A DNA stretch of 64,000 bases from Euzebyales bacterium (GCA_035461305.1 DATHVN010000036.1:9977-73976); one strand, 5' to 3'. Shown: positions 28,519 through 39,076, counted from the first letter of the stretch. Numbers and translations are program-made. The notes: generated from the letters alone by a model not told the origin.

Positions 28519-29652
28519 TCACCGCCGACGCACGAGCTCGGCGGCAAGCGCACCAACGAGGGTCGGGGTGATGCGGCCGTCGCCGAGCGCCAGCTCGGTC
28601 AGGTCGTTGAACGCCCGGGACGCGGCGGCAGCGCGCACCCCCGCGCGGCGCACCGCCCGAACGTCGAGCAGCGCCGACGCCACCCGTGTGTGCCGCAGGT
28701 GCCATCCCAGCCGGCGCCCGAGCTGCCGCGCGTAGCTGGGACCGGGGGCCGCGGCCGCGACGGCGGCGCGTCCGGCGAGCGCGCCGGACAGCAGGGCGTA
28801 GAAGATGCCCTCACCGGACAAGGGGTTGATCAACGACGCAGCGTCGCCGGCCAGCAGCACACGCCCGTCGAAGAGCGGCGGCCGCCACGTCGAGAGCGCG
28901 AGGTGATGGGCCCGGAGGTCGCGGACCGGACCGCCGGCAACGGCCGCCACGCGCCGCTCGAGCGTCCTGCGCAGAGGCCCATCGGACGGCGACCGGCGCA
29001 ATGCGGCGACCGTCGTTCCCCATCCGACGTTGGCCGTCCCGTCGCCGATCGCGAACGACCACCCGTACGCGGGCCAATGCGCGTCGTCGATCACGATCCG
29101 CTGATCGAGCGCGCCGCCGACCGCCGCGTAGCCGCGCATCGCGACCGCGACCGCCCGCTCGGGATTGCGGCCGTGCCCCAGCAGGCGGCGGATCCGCGAG
29201 TTCGCGCCGTCCGCGGCGACGACCGCACGCGCAGCGAACGTGCCGTCCAGGACCACGTGCCCACCGCGCCGTTCCAGCCGTCGGACGTGGTGGCGCGAGA
29301 CGCACGCACCAGCGGTGACCGCCGCGGAGCGGAGGCGGTCGTCGAACACCCGCCGTGGCACGGTGTGCGTGGCATCATGCAGCACCGCGCGGACGACGAC
29401 CTGGCCGTCCGACAGCTCGAACCGCGACACCCGTGGGTAGCCGGCCAGCGCGGACGTCGCGCCGAGGGCATCGAGCACCCGGACCGCGTGCGGGCCGACC
29501 GCGTCGCCGCATGCCTTGTCGCGGGGGAAACGGGCGCGGTCGAGCAGCAGGACGGAGCTGTCGGGTCGCGCCGCCCTGGCCGCCAGCGCAGCAGCCGACC
29601 CCGCGGGCCCTGCACCGACGATCACGAGGTCGTGCACACCCGAGAGTCTCAC
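28519..29652 (-). CDS. Geranylgeranyl-reductase-family FAD-dependent oxidoreductase (MenJ-like)
   Basis: 377 aa with the N-terminal dinucleotide fold 'DLVIVGAGPAGSAAA', 'KACGDAV' and 'GDAASLINPLSGEGI'. Confidence 0.8.
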   Translation of the reverse strand: MRLSGVHDLVIVGAGPAGSAAALAARAARPDSSVLLLDRARFPRDKACGDAVGPHAVRVLDALGATSALAGYPRVSRFELSDGQVVVRAVLHDATHTVPRRVFDDRLRSAAVTAGACVSRHHVRRLERRGGHVVLDGTFAARAVVAADGANSRIRRLLGHGRNPERAVAVAMRGYAAVGGALDQRIVIDDAHWPAYGWSFAIGDGTANVGWGTTVAALRRSPSDGPLRRTLERRVAAVAGGPVRDLRAHHLALSTWRPPLFDGRVLLAGDAASLINPLSGEGIFYALLSGALAGRAAVAAAAPGPSYARQLGRRLGWHLRHTRVASALLDVRAVRRAGVRAAAASRAFNDLTELALGDGRITPTLVGALAAELVRRR

Positions 29653-29760
29653 ATGCGCCCGACGACAGCGCGACGCCCGCGTCGCGCTGGCTGCTTCGCG
29701 GTCACCGCCTTCGGGCGATATCGTGCTGACGCACGCTCATGACTCTGCCTGGAGCTGGTC

Positions 29761-31263
29761 TTGGCTGACCTTCCGTTGCTCTCGACGCTGATCTGGCTGC
29801 CCGCGGTGGCCGCGCTCGTGGTGGCGGTGATCCCCGCGCACCGTGCCGAGGCCATCCGCATCGTCACGTTGGCGGCAACGGTCATCGTCTTCGTGCTGTC
29901 GCTCGCCCTGTTCCCCGCCTTCGAGGTGGGCGAGCCGGGCTTCCAGCTGGTGGAGAAGGTCCCGTGGATCCCCGCGTGGGGTGTCAACTACCAGGTCGGC
30001 GTCGACGGCATCACCTGGCCGCTGGTCATGCTGTCGACGTTCATCATCCCGGTGGCCGTGCTGGCCACCTGGGGACACGTCAGCGAGCGCACCAAGGCCT
30101 TCTACATCGCGGTGCTGGCGCTGGAGACCGCCGTGATCGGCGTGTTCACCGCGCTGGACCTGATCCTGTTCTACGTGTTCTTCGAGGCCATGTTGGTGCC
30201 GATGTACGCGCTGATCGGCGTGTGGGGCGGTGAGAACCGCCGGTACGCGGCGGTCAAGTTCTTCCTGTACACGCTGATCGGCGGGCTGCTGATGCTTGTC
30301 GCGATCCTGTACCTGTACTTCAAGGGCGGCGCCAGCACGTTCGACTACCAGGCGCTGCGCGGGCTCGCGCTCACCGACACCGAGCAGATCTGGCTGTTCC
30401 TGGCATTCTTCATCGCGTTCGCGATCAAGGTGCCACTGTTCCCGTTCCACACGTGGCTCCCTGACGCCCACACCGAGGCGCCGACGATCGGCTCTGTCGA
30501 CCTGGCGGCGATCCTGCTGAAGATCGGCGGGTACGGGATCATCCGCTTCTCGCTCCCGTACTTCCCCGACGCCACGCAGAGCCTGGCGCCGACGATCATG
30601 GGTCTGGCCGTCGTCGGCGTGCTGTACGGCGCGCTGGTCGCCATGGTCCAGCCCGACATCAAGAAGCTGGTCGCCTACTCGTCGGTCGCACACATGGGCT
30701 TCGTCGTGCTGGGCGTGTTCGCGCTGAATGCGCAAAGCACGTCGGGCAGCGTCGTGCAGATGGTCAACCACGGGCTGTCGACAGGTGCGCTGTTCATCCT
30801 GATCGGGTTCATGTACGAGCGAACCCACTCCCGCAGGATCGCCGACTACTCGGGACTGGCCAAGGCCACGCCCGTGTTCGGCGGGCTGTTCCTGGTCGTC
30901 GCACTCTCGTCACTCGCGCTGCCCGGCCTCAACGGGTTCGTCGGAGAGTTCCCGATCCTGATCGGTGCGTTCCAGACCACACCGTGGGCGGCGGTGCTCG
31001 CCGCGTTCGGCGTGATCTTCGCCGCCCTCTACCTGTTGTGGGCCTACCAGCGCATGTTCCACGGTCCAGTCGAGGGGCGCGCCGTCGGCATGACCGACCT
31101 GACCGTGCGCGAGAAGGTCGTGATGGTGCCGCTGATCGTCGTGATCGTCGGCATCGGCCTGTACCCCAAGCCGTTGTACGAGCGTGTGACCCCGACGGTC
31201 GACGCGATCCTGGCCGAGGTCGACGCGCCAGGCGCGGCCAGTGCCGCGGAGCCCGCAAACTAG
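29761..31263 (+). CDS. nuoM: NADH-quinone oxidoreductase chain M / complex I subunit-4 family antiporter-like protein, orphan copy
   Basis: 500 aa with about 14 TM helices, 'FFEAMLVPMYALIGVWGG', 'AFAIKVPLFPFHTWLPDAHTEAPT', 'LLKIGGYG' and 'GFVGEFPIL'. TTG start preceded by GGAG at a 6-nt spacing. No other nuo genes occur in the window. Confidence 0.85.
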   Translation: MADLPLLSTLIWLPAVAALVVAVIPAHRAEAIRIVTLAATVIVFVLSLALFPAFEVGEPGFQLVEKVPWIPAWGVNYQVGVDGITWPLVMLSTFIIPVAVLATWGHVSERTKAFYIAVLALETAVIGVFTALDLILFYVFFEAMLVPMYALIGVWGGENRRYAAVKFFLYTLIGGLLMLVAILYLYFKGGASTFDYQALRGLALTDTEQIWLFLAFFIAFAIKVPLFPFHTWLPDAHTEAPTIGSVDLAAILLKIGGYGIIRFSLPYFPDATQSLAPTIMGLAVVGVLYGALVAMVQPDIKKLVAYSSVAHMGFVVLGVFALNAQSTSGSVVQMVNHGLSTGALFILIGFMYERTHSRRIADYSGLAKATPVFGGLFLVVALSSLALPGLNGFVGEFPILIGAFQTTPWAAVLAAFGVIFAALYLLWAYQRMFHGPVEGRAVGMTDLTVREKVVMVPLIVVIVGIGLYPKPLYERVTPTVDAILAEVDAPGAASAAEPAN

Positions 31264-31284
31264 CGACGGAATCGCGAGGCTCCC

Positions 31285-33141
31285 GTGACCGATCTCGGCG
31301 TGCTCCCGCTGCGCCATGGTCCGGTCGTGCACGACGACGGCACCGTTACCTTCCGCGTCTGGGCGCCCCGCGCCGACCGGGTCGAGGTCGTCCTCGACGG
31401 ACGGCGCGAGGCGTTGACCGGCGGTGATCACGGCTGGTTCGCGCGCCGGCTGCCGGCTCCGGGAGACGGGCGCTACGCCTTCAGCCTGGACGGAGGTGAC
31501 CGGCGACCCGACCCCGCATCACAGCGCCAGCCCGACGGCGTCCACGCCGCATCGGCGATCGTGAACCGTGCGTTCGACTGGTCCGCCGCGGAGGACGACT
31601 GGCAGCCGACGCCGTTGGCCAGCGCCGTCGTCTACGAGCTGCACGTCGGCACGTTCACCGACGCCGGAACGTTCGCCGCGGCCGCCGAGCACCTGCCAGA
31701 CCTCGCCGCCGTGGGCATCACACACGTGGAGGTCATGCCCGTCGCCGCGTTCAACGGGCCGCGCGGATGGGGCTACGACGGGGTGTGCTGGTACGCCGTG
31801 CACGAGGCGTACGGCGGTCCGGCGGCGTTCGCCGCCTTCGTCGACGCCTGCCACCGCCATGGCCTGGCGGTCATCCTCGACGTCGTCTACAACCACTTCG
31901 GCCCGAGCGGCAGCTACCACGCCGAGTTCGGCCCGTACCTGACCGAGGCGCACTCGACACCGTGGGGGTCGGCGATCAACCTCGACGAGGCCGGCGCCGA
32001 CGCCGTGCGTGCGTTCATCGTCGACAGCGCGCGCATGTGGCTGGCCGACTTCCACGTCGACGCGCTGCGGCTCGACGCCGTGCACGCTCTCCACGACGGT
32101 TCGGCGACCCACATCCTGGAGCAGCTCTCGGCGTCCGTGGACCGGCTCGCCGAGCAGGTGGGCCGTCCTCTGGCGCTCATCGCCGAGTCGGACCTGCAGG
32201 ATCCGCGGACCGTCGCGCCACGGGCGGGCGGGGGCCGGGGGCTCACCGCGCAGTGGCTCGACGACCTGCACCACGCGCTGCACGTGACCGTGACCGACGA
32301 GCACGACGGCTACTACGCCGACTACGCCGGCCTGCCCGACGTCGCGACGGCGTGGACCGACGCGTTCGTGTACGGCGGGCGATGGTCGCCGTACCGGCAG
32401 CGCACCGTGGGAGCGCGGGTGCCGACCGACGTGTCGGGCAGGCGGTTCGTCGCGTGCATCCAGAACCACGACCAGATCGGCAACCGCGCCCGAGGCGACC
32501 GGCTGACCACGCTGGTCGATGCCGACCGGGTCCGCTGCGCCATCGCGCTGCTGTGCCTGTCGCCGACCGTGCCGATGCTCTTCATGGGCGAGGAGTACGG
32601 CGAGACGCGGCCGTTCCTGTACTTCTCCAGCCATCGCGAGGACTGGCTGGCCGAGGCGGTCCGGGCGGGCCGGCGCGAGGAGTTCGCCGCGTTCAGCGCG
32701 TTCAGCGGCACCGAGGTGCCCGACCCGCAGGTGATTGAGACCTTCGCGTCCAGCACCCTGGACCGGACCGTCGCCGCCACGCAGGACGGACGGGCGCGCC
32801 GGCAGCTGTGGTCCGATCTGCTCGCGCTGCGTCGGACCGAGCCGGCGTTGGCGACCGGCGACCGCCGGCTCGTGCGGCCCGTGCACGTTACGCCGACCCG
32901 CCTCGCGGTCCTGCGCGACGGACCCGACGGCGCTCCCGCGGTCATCGTTGTGGCGAACGCCGCCGACCTGGAGGTGACCCTCACCCTGCCGGTCGAAGGT
33001 ACCTGGGAGCTGCGCTGGTCGAGCACCGCGTCCGCCTACGGCGGGGCGGACGCGTCGGCGACGCTGGAGCACCGGGACGGCGCCGTGGCCTGCGCCCTGC
33101 CACGGTGTTCGGTCGCGTTGCTCACGTCTGCCGACGCGTAG
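31285..33141 (+). CDS. treZ: Malto-oligosyltrehalose trehalohydrolase TreZ
   Basis: 618 aa with 'FRVWAP', 'ALRLDAVHAL', 'LIAESDLQDP' and 'CIQNHDQIGNR'. It starts 21 nt after the nuoM stop. Confidence 0.9.
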   Translation: MTDLGVLPLRHGPVVHDDGTVTFRVWAPRADRVEVVLDGRREALTGGDHGWFARRLPAPGDGRYAFSLDGGDRRPDPASQRQPDGVHAASAIVNRAFDWSAAEDDWQPTPLASAVVYELHVGTFTDAGTFAAAAEHLPDLAAVGITHVEVMPVAAFNGPRGWGYDGVCWYAVHEAYGGPAAFAAFVDACHRHGLAVILDVVYNHFGPSGSYHAEFGPYLTEAHSTPWGSAINLDEAGADAVRAFIVDSARMWLADFHVDALRLDAVHALHDGSATHILEQLSASVDRLAEQVGRPLALIAESDLQDPRTVAPRAGGGRGLTAQWLDDLHHALHVTVTDEHDGYYADYAGLPDVATAWTDAFVYGGRWSPYRQRTVGARVPTDVSGRRFVACIQNHDQIGNRARGDRLTTLVDADRVRCAIALLCLSPTVPMLFMGEEYGETRPFLYFSSHREDWLAEAVRAGRREEFAAFSAFSGTEVPDPQVIETFASSTLDRTVAATQDGRARRQLWSDLLALRRTEPALATGDRRLVRPVHVTPTRLAVLRDGPDGAPAVIVVANAADLEVTLTLPVEGTWELRWSSTASAYGGADASATLEHRDGAVACALPRCSVALLTSADA

Positions 33142-33168
33142 GAGGCCCGAGGCGGCACACTACGTCGC

Positions 33169-33522
33169 ATGATCGCGATGTCACCCGAGGAGTTCGAACG
33201 GGCCGTCGCCGACGGCCTTGACGCGGTGCCGGACGAGCTCGCCGCGGCCATGAGCAACGTTGCCATCGTCATCGACGACGAGAGCCCACCTGACGAGCCC
33301 GAGCTGTTCGGTCTCTACATCGGGGTGCCGCTGACCGAGCGCGACGAGTGGTGGGCGGCTGGCAGCCTGCCGGATCGCATCACGATCTTCCGCGGCCCGA
33401 TCATGCGCCACTGCGACACTGCCGACGACGTGCGCCACCAGGTGACCGTCACCGTCGTGCACGAGATCGCCCACCACTTCGGCATCGACGACGACCGCCT
33501 GCACGAGCTGGGGTGGAGCTGA
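33169..33522 (+). CDS. Small zincin-like metallopeptidase family protein
   Basis: 117 aa with the HExxH motif 'VVHEIAHHFG' near the C-terminus, a layout typical of the minimal 'metallopeptidase family protein' of actinobacteria. Confidence 0.72.
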   Translation: MIAMSPEEFERAVADGLDAVPDELAAAMSNVAIVIDDESPPDEPELFGLYIGVPLTERDEWWAAGSLPDRITIFRGPIMRHCDTADDVRHQVTVTVVHEIAHHFGIDDDRLHELGWS

Positions 33523-33559
33523 GGCAACCGCTACTCCACGCTGAAGGGCACGCGCCCGA

Positions 33560-34099
33560 TCAAGCCGCTTCCACCGCGTAGCCGGCGACGGTGTCGGCCA
33601 GTCGCAGATCGAACGCGCGACCGATGCCCGTGCCCTCGCATGGTCGGCCGTCGCCACCGTCGTCGACCGGCACCCGGACGAGCTGCCGCTCGTCGACGAC
33701 GTCCACGACGAAGGTCGGCGTCACAACGCACCCCCACCGATCCAAACCACCTTGGCGTCCCATCCGGCCCAGGGCGGACGACCTCGGGAGCCCGACCGAG
33801 CGTGCCGATCTCATCGGCGGCGACCTGTTCGCTCACCCGCACGCGCACGACGGCGTCGGATACGCCGAGCACCCGCAGCGGCACGTCGGAGGCCGTCATC
33901 GACGACGCGGCGGGCGCCCGTCCGGCGGGTGTCGCCCGCCTACCCCACAGTTCGACACCCGCGGTCGGCGTGCGCTCGACGGTGGCAGACGACGATGACG
34001 CGGCGCCCGCGCACGCCGCGACCAGGGCGGCGAGCGCCGCCAGCGCAAGGATTCGCTGCGGCAGGCGACCGGAGTCGTTCGGCCGACGCCGCGTGGCAT
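33560..34099 (-). pseudogene. Possible decayed lipoprotein gene. The signal/lipobox segment, a middle segment and a C-terminal segment lie in different frames.
   Basis: Minus-strand reading gives 'RILALAALAALVAACAG' (lipobox-like) with no ATG/GTG in that frame. An ATG (34099) is one frame away. The N-terminal piece 'MTASDVPLRVLGVSDAVVRVRVSEQVAADEIG' and the plausible C-terminal piece 'TPTFVVDVVDERQLVRVPVDDGGDG...' are in different frames. Confidence 0.3.
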
Positions 34100-34102
34100 G
34101 GC

Positions 34103-36772
34103 TCAGTCGCCGTTGGCGGGTGCGGATCCGCCGACGTCGTCGCCGGGTGCGGATCCGCCGAGGTCGTCGGCGGTCCGCTGGAGCACGGCGACGGGCATGT
34201 TGCCCAGCAACGACGACACCTCGATCTCGTCGCCGATCTCACCGGATCCGGTCGAGAACGCGTCGCGGTAGGTGCCCTGCAGGAACCCGGGCACCCGCAC
34301 GGTCGTGTCGCCCCACACGTCGCCGACCGGTGGCTCGTCGGTGTCGCCCATGACCGCCCCCGGCAGTCGTGGCGCGACGACCAGCAGCGCGTCGGAGGCG
34401 TCGGATGACACCCGCGCGAACGCGACGACGTGGTCGGCCCAGGCCCCGCTGACATCCAAGGCGAGGTAGCCGCTGCCGACACCGACGCACGTCGGGTGCT
34501 CCGCACGGGCGCGCAGGGCACGGTGAAGCACGAGGGCCTTGATCCGACCATCGCGCCGCGTGGCGACCAGGTCGTCGACCGGGACGTCTGCCAGGCCGTC
34601 GAGCAGCTCGCGACGCGCGTCGAACGGTACCGTTCGGCGGTTGTCCGGGTCGACGAGGGAGTCGTCCCAGGTCTCGGTGCCCTGGTAGCAGTCGGGCACG
34701 CCGGGGGACAGCGTGCGCAACACGACCTGGCCGAGGCCCGACACCATGCCGATCTCGCCCGCCCGGGTGATGACCGTGCGCAGTGCCTCCGGGGCCGTGT
34801 CGGCAGCCAGCAGGGTGCGCGCGAACGCCTGCAACCGGTCCTCGAACGTCTCGTCGGGATCAGTCCAACTGGTGTACAGGCCGGCCTCGCGCTCGCCCTT
34901 GACCACGTACGCCGCGAGCCGGTCGCGGTGCTCGTCGGTGGGATCGCCCTCCAGCGGCCACAGCCCGACCACGGTCTGGTAGATCAGGTACCGGGACTGC
35001 GCCGGCAACGCGTTGGCCTCGTCGACCTCCTCGCACGCGTCGACCGCGGCACGCCAGAGGTCGATGAGCTCGGACACCGCAGCCATGCGCAGGCGCAGGT
35101 CCTCGCCGCGCTTGGTGTCCTGTGTCGCCGTCGTCAGCATCGTCTGCGGCGCACGCTCCGCGCGGTCGGCGTTCGCCTGCTGGAACTGCTCGACCGTGCG
35201 CCCGGGACGCGACGGATCCGCGCCGACCTCGCAGGCCGCGAGCAGGGTCCGGTAGCGGTAGAACGCGGTGTCCTCGGTGCCCTTCGCGGTCACGGCCGCA
35301 CACAGCTGCTGGAACCGGGCGATGACGTCCAGCAACGCCTGACCCGTGCCGACCTCGCCCGCCAATAGCTCCTCGACGAAGTCCCACAGCACTGCGGGCA
35401 CCGCACCGTCGGATGCACGGGCCCGTTCGATCGCGCCGGCGATCTGGGTGCGGTCGCGCTCGTGCGCTGCCCCGGTCTCGGGGTCGACGTAGGACCGGTA
35501 CACGGCGAACTGCGCGAGCGTCCCGGCCAGCAACGCACGGCACCAGTCCAGCGTCACGTCGCGCACCTGCGGATGCTGCTGTGTGACGCGCCACAGCCCG
35601 TGTGCCACGCGGTCGAGGTCGGCCCGCAGGCCCGCTTCGAGGACGGCGGTCTTGCCCTCGACCGCGAGCTCGGTGTACGGGCGTCCGCCACCGAGCCGCC
35701 CGTCGATCTCGCGCAGCTCCGGCAGTGCGTCGGCGTCGATGTAGAGCCCGAGCACGTCGTTGCAGAAGTCGTAGCCCGTGGTCCCCGCGACGCCCCACCC
35801 CGGCAGGCGCTCACCCGGGTAGAGGACCTTCTCGACCACGATCCACACGCCCGTCCGGTTGCGGAGTTGCTGCAGGTAGCGCTCGGGATCGCGCAGGCCG
35901 TCAGGGTGGTCGATCCGCAGACCCGAGATCACGCCGTCGAGGACGAGATCGAGGACCCCGCTGTGGGTCCGTTCGAACACCTCCGGGACCTCGACGCGGA
36001 CCGCGGCGAGGTCGTTGATCGTGAAGAACCGGCGGTAGTTGACGACGGCGTCGCCGATCCGCCAGTGGACCAGCCGGTAGTGCTGGCGCTCGAGGAGGCT
36101 GTGCAGCGGCTGCCAGCTGTTAAGCACGCCGGCGATGCCCGAGAACGCCCGGCTCCCACCGCGGGCATCGATCAGCTCCAGCGTCTCCTGGCGGAGGGGG
36201 AACGTCCGGTCGTGGTAGCGCATCCGGTACACCCCGTCGATGCGCACGAGCTCGAGCTCCCCTGCGACCAGGACCTGGCCGTACGTGTCACCGAGAACCG
36301 GCAGGATCACCTTGCCCTCGGCCGTCGGCAGGGGCGGGCGCCAGTCGACGTCGAACAGTGACCCGCTCGGACCCGACATCCCCTCGGCCAGCAGCTGCTC
36401 CCACATGGGGTTCTCGTCGGACGTCGCGAGGTGGTTCGGGACGATGTCGGCGAGCAGCCTGATGCCACGGGTGGCAGCGGCGTCGGACAGCGCCCGCAGT
36501 GCGGCCTCACCACCGAGCGCGGGTGACACCTGGGTGGGGTCCACTACGTCGTAGCCGTGCATGCTGCCGGACCGGGCGCGCATGATCGGCGACAGGTACA
36601 GGTCAGTGACCCCGAGCGCCGCGAAGTAGTCGAGGTGCTCGGCGACCTGGTCGAACCCGAGTTCGCCGGTCAGCTGCACGCGGTACGTGGCACCCGGCTC
36701 GGATCGCCGCCGGTCACGGGACGCCTGGGCGTCCCACGCCTGCGACTCAGGGGTGTCAACGCTCACGGGCAT
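34103..36772 (-). CDS. treY: Malto-oligosyltrehalose synthase TreY
   Basis: 889 aa with 'TYRVQL...FDQVAEHLDYFAALGVTDLYLSPI', 'ADIVPNH' and 'GLRIDHPDGL'. It overlaps the end of glgX by 17 nt. Confidence 0.9.
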   Translation of the reverse strand: MPVSVDTPESQAWDAQASRDRRRSEPGATYRVQLTGELGFDQVAEHLDYFAALGVTDLYLSPIMRARSGSMHGYDVVDPTQVSPALGGEAALRALSDAAATRGIRLLADIVPNHLATSDENPMWEQLLAEGMSGPSGSLFDVDWRPPLPTAEGKVILPVLGDTYGQVLVAGELELVRIDGVYRMRYHDRTFPLRQETLELIDARGGSRAFSGIAGVLNSWQPLHSLLERQHYRLVHWRIGDAVVNYRRFFTINDLAAVRVEVPEVFERTHSGVLDLVLDGVISGLRIDHPDGLRDPERYLQQLRNRTGVWIVVEKVLYPGERLPGWGVAGTTGYDFCNDVLGLYIDADALPELREIDGRLGGGRPYTELAVEGKTAVLEAGLRADLDRVAHGLWRVTQQHPQVRDVTLDWCRALLAGTLAQFAVYRSYVDPETGAAHERDRTQIAGAIERARASDGAVPAVLWDFVEELLAGEVGTGQALLDVIARFQQLCAAVTAKGTEDTAFYRYRTLLAACEVGADPSRPGRTVEQFQQANADRAERAPQTMLTTATQDTKRGEDLRLRMAAVSELIDLWRAAVDACEEVDEANALPAQSRYLIYQTVVGLWPLEGDPTDEHRDRLAAYVVKGEREAGLYTSWTDPDETFEDRLQAFARTLLAADTAPEALRTVITRAGEIGMVSGLGQVVLRTLSPGVPDCYQGTETWDDSLVDPDNRRTVPFDARRELLDGLADVPVDDLVATRRDGRIKALVLHRALRARAEHPTCVGVGSGYLALDVSGAWADHVVAFARVSSDASDALLVVAPRLPGAVMGDTDEPPVGDVWGDTTVRVPGFLQGTYRDAFSTGSGEIGDEIEVSSLLGNMPVAVLQRTADDLGGSAPGDDVGGSAPANGD
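34118..34171. repeat. 27-nt in-frame tandem duplication at the 3' end of treY
   Basis: gggtgcggatccgccgacgtcgtcgcc followed by gggtgcggatccgccgaggtcgtcggc (25/27 identical). This encodes the repeated peptide '..GGSAPGDDV/GGSAPANGD' at the TreY C-terminus. Confidence 0.8.
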
Positions 36773-38894
36773 CGTCCATCCGTCGGAGGATCTGTATCGA
36801 ACGCGCGGCGAGCACGAGACGCTCGGTCGCCCGCACCTGGTGGGCGGAACCCCGCCGGTCCGGGCCGGCCGTGTCGATCACCAGCTCCCACAGGCGGCCG
36901 TACGGCTCTCCGGGCAGCGTGAACTTCACCTGGTCGGCGGCACCGTTGAGCAGCACGAGGAAGCTGTCGTCGAGGATCTGCTGGCCCCGCGCGTCGGGGG
37001 TCGGGATCATCTGACCGTTGAGGAAGAACATGATCGATCGCTGGTCGGCGGCCGCCCAGTCGTCGGCAGTCATGTCCGCACCGTCGGGTCGCAGCCAGTC
37101 GAGGTCGACGGTGCCCTCGGTGACCCCACGGAAGAACTGCTGGCGCCGGAAGACCGGATGGTCGGCCCGCACTCGGATGAGCCGTCGGACGAACGGCAGC
37201 AGATCGCGCTGCTCCTCGTCGACGTCCCAGTCGTACCAGGCCAGCTCGTTGTCCTGACAGTAGGTGTTGTTGTTGCCCTGCTGCGTGCGGCCCAGCTCGT
37301 CGCCGCCCAGCAGCATCGGTACGCCCTGCGAGATGAACAGCGTGGTCAGGAAGTTGCGCTGCTGGCGCAGGCGCAGCTCGGCGATCGCGGGGTCGTCGGT
37401 CGGGCCCTCCTCCCCGTGGTTCCACGAGCGGTTGTGGTCCTCCCCCGACCCGTTGTCGTCGAGGTTGGCGTCGTTGTGCTTCTCGCTGTAGGAGACAAGG
37501 TCGCGCAGCGTGAAGCCGTCGTGCGCGGTGACGAAGTTGATTGACGCGTACGGCCGCCGACCGTTGTGGGCGTACAGGTCGCTGGAGCCGGCCATGCGTG
37601 ACGCGAGCTCGCCGACCCCGTCGCTCTCCCCCCGCCAGAAGTCGCGGACGGCGTCGCGGTACGTGCCGTTCCACTCGGTCCACAGCGTCGGGAAGTTGCC
37701 GACCTGGTAGCCACCCTCGCCGACGTCCCACGGCTCGGCGATCAGTTTGACCTGGCTGATCACCGGGTCCTGTTGGATGATGTCGAAGAACGCGCTCAGC
37801 CGGTCGACGTCGTGCAGCTCACGCGCCAGCGTCGAGGCCAGGTCGAAGCGGAACCCGTCGACGTGCATCTCGAGGACCCAGTAGCGCAGCGAGTCCATGA
37901 TCAGCTGCAGCACGTGAGGGTGCCGGGCGTTCAGCGAGTTGCCGGTGCCGGTGTAGTCCATGTAGTAGCGGCGGTCGTCATCGACCAGCCGGTAGTACGA
38001 GGCGTTGTCGATCCCGCGAAGCGACAACGTCGGACCGAGGTGGTTGCCCTCGGCGGTGTGATTGTAGACGACGTCGAGGATCACCTCGAGGCCCGCCTCG
38101 TGCAGCGACTTCACCATGCTCTTGAACTCGTAGATGCTGCGGCTGTCGCCGCTGCGCGCCGCGTACTCGTCGTGCGGCGCGAGGAAGCCGATCGAGTTGT
38201 AGCCCCAGTAGTTGCGCAGGCCCTTCTGCACGAGGAAGTGGTCGTGGATGAACCGGTGGACCGGCTGCAGCTCGACGGCGGTGACCCCGAGGCTCGTGAG
38301 GTAGTCCACGATCACCGGCGAACCCAGACCCGCATAGGTGCCGCGCAGCTCCGGCGGCACGTCGGGATGGCGCATCGTGAGCCCACGCACGTGGGTCTCG
38401 TAGATCATCGTCTCGAACCACGGCGTGTTGGGGTGCCGGTCGTCGCCCCAGTCGAAGAACGGGTTGGTCACCACGCCCTTGGGCACGTGCGGCGCCGAGT
38501 CGCGGTCGTCGGGCACCGTGTCATCGGCGTCCATGTCATAGCCGAAGACCGACGGATGCCAGTCGACACGTCCCTCGATCGCCTTGGCGTAGGGGTCGAC
38601 AAGCAGCTTCTTGGCGTTGAAGCGGTGGCCATTCGCGGGGTCGTAGGGTCCATGGACGCGGAACCCGTAGCGCTGTCCGGGACCGATGCCGGGCAGGTAG
38701 CCGTGCCAGATGAACGCCGTCGGCTCGGAGAGCTCGATGCAGGACTCGTGGCCGTCACGGTCGTACAGGCACAGCTGCACCGCCTCCGCGTGTTCACTGA
38801 ACAGCGCGAAGTTCGTGCCTGTGCCGTCCCAGTGCGCACCCAGCGGGTAGGGCCTGCCCGGCCAGAAGTTCATGGACTGCCACGCTCCTGTCAT
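36756..38894 (-). CDS. glgX: Glycogen debranching enzyme GlgX (isoamylase-type)
   Basis: '[23 protein letters not shown]', '[12 protein letters not shown]', 'LIAEPWDVG' and '[12 protein letters not shown]'. Start trimmed to the ATG at 38894; the ATG at 38873 is an alternative. Confidence 0.9.
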   Translation of the reverse strand: MTGAWQSMNFWPGRPYPLGAHWDGTGTNFALFSEHAEAVQLCLYDRDGHESCIELSEPTAFIWHGYLPGIGPGQRYGFRVHGPYDPANGHRFNAKKLLVDPYAKAIEGRVDWHPSVFGYDMDADDTVPDDRDSAPHVPKGVVTNPFFDWGDDRHPNTPWFETMIYETHVRGLTMRHPDVPPELRGTYAGLGSPVIVDYLTSLGVTAVELQPVHRFIHDHFLVQKGLRNYWGYNSIGFLAPHDEYAARSGDSRSIYEFKSMVKSLHEAGLEVILDVVYNHTAEGNHLGPTLSLRGIDNASYYRLVDDDRRYYMDYTGTGNSLNARHPHVLQLIMDSLRYWVLEMHVDGFRFDLASTLARELHDVDRLSAFFDIIQQDPVISQVKLIAEPWDVGEGGYQVGNFPTLWTEWNGTYRDAVRDFWRGESDGVGELASRMAGSSDLYAHNGRRPYASINFVTAHDGFTLRDLVSYSEKHNDANLDDNGSGEDHNRSWNHGEEGPTDDPAIAELRLRQQRNFLTTLFISQGVPMLLGGDELGRTQQGNNNTYCQDNELAWYDWDVDEEQRDLLPFVRRLIRVRADHPVFRRQQFFRGVTEGTVDLDWLRPDGADMTADDWAAADQRSIMFFLNGQMIPTPDARGQQILDDSFLVLLNGAADQVKFTLPGEPYGRLWELVIDTAGPDRRGSAHQVRATERLVLAARSIQILRRMDDARER

Positions 38895-39076
38895 ACCCTG
38901 GCTCCCTGGCGGGCCCGCGTCATCCGGGCAGGAGCACCTGACGATCGTCGGCCGGTGCGTACACGTCTGGCTCCATGCGGATGCATAGAGTATCGGACCG
39001 GTCCAACCTATCGAGTGCCACCGGTACCCGCCGGGGACCCACGGCACCGCTCCGCTGCGACCCTCGGATCAGCCTG

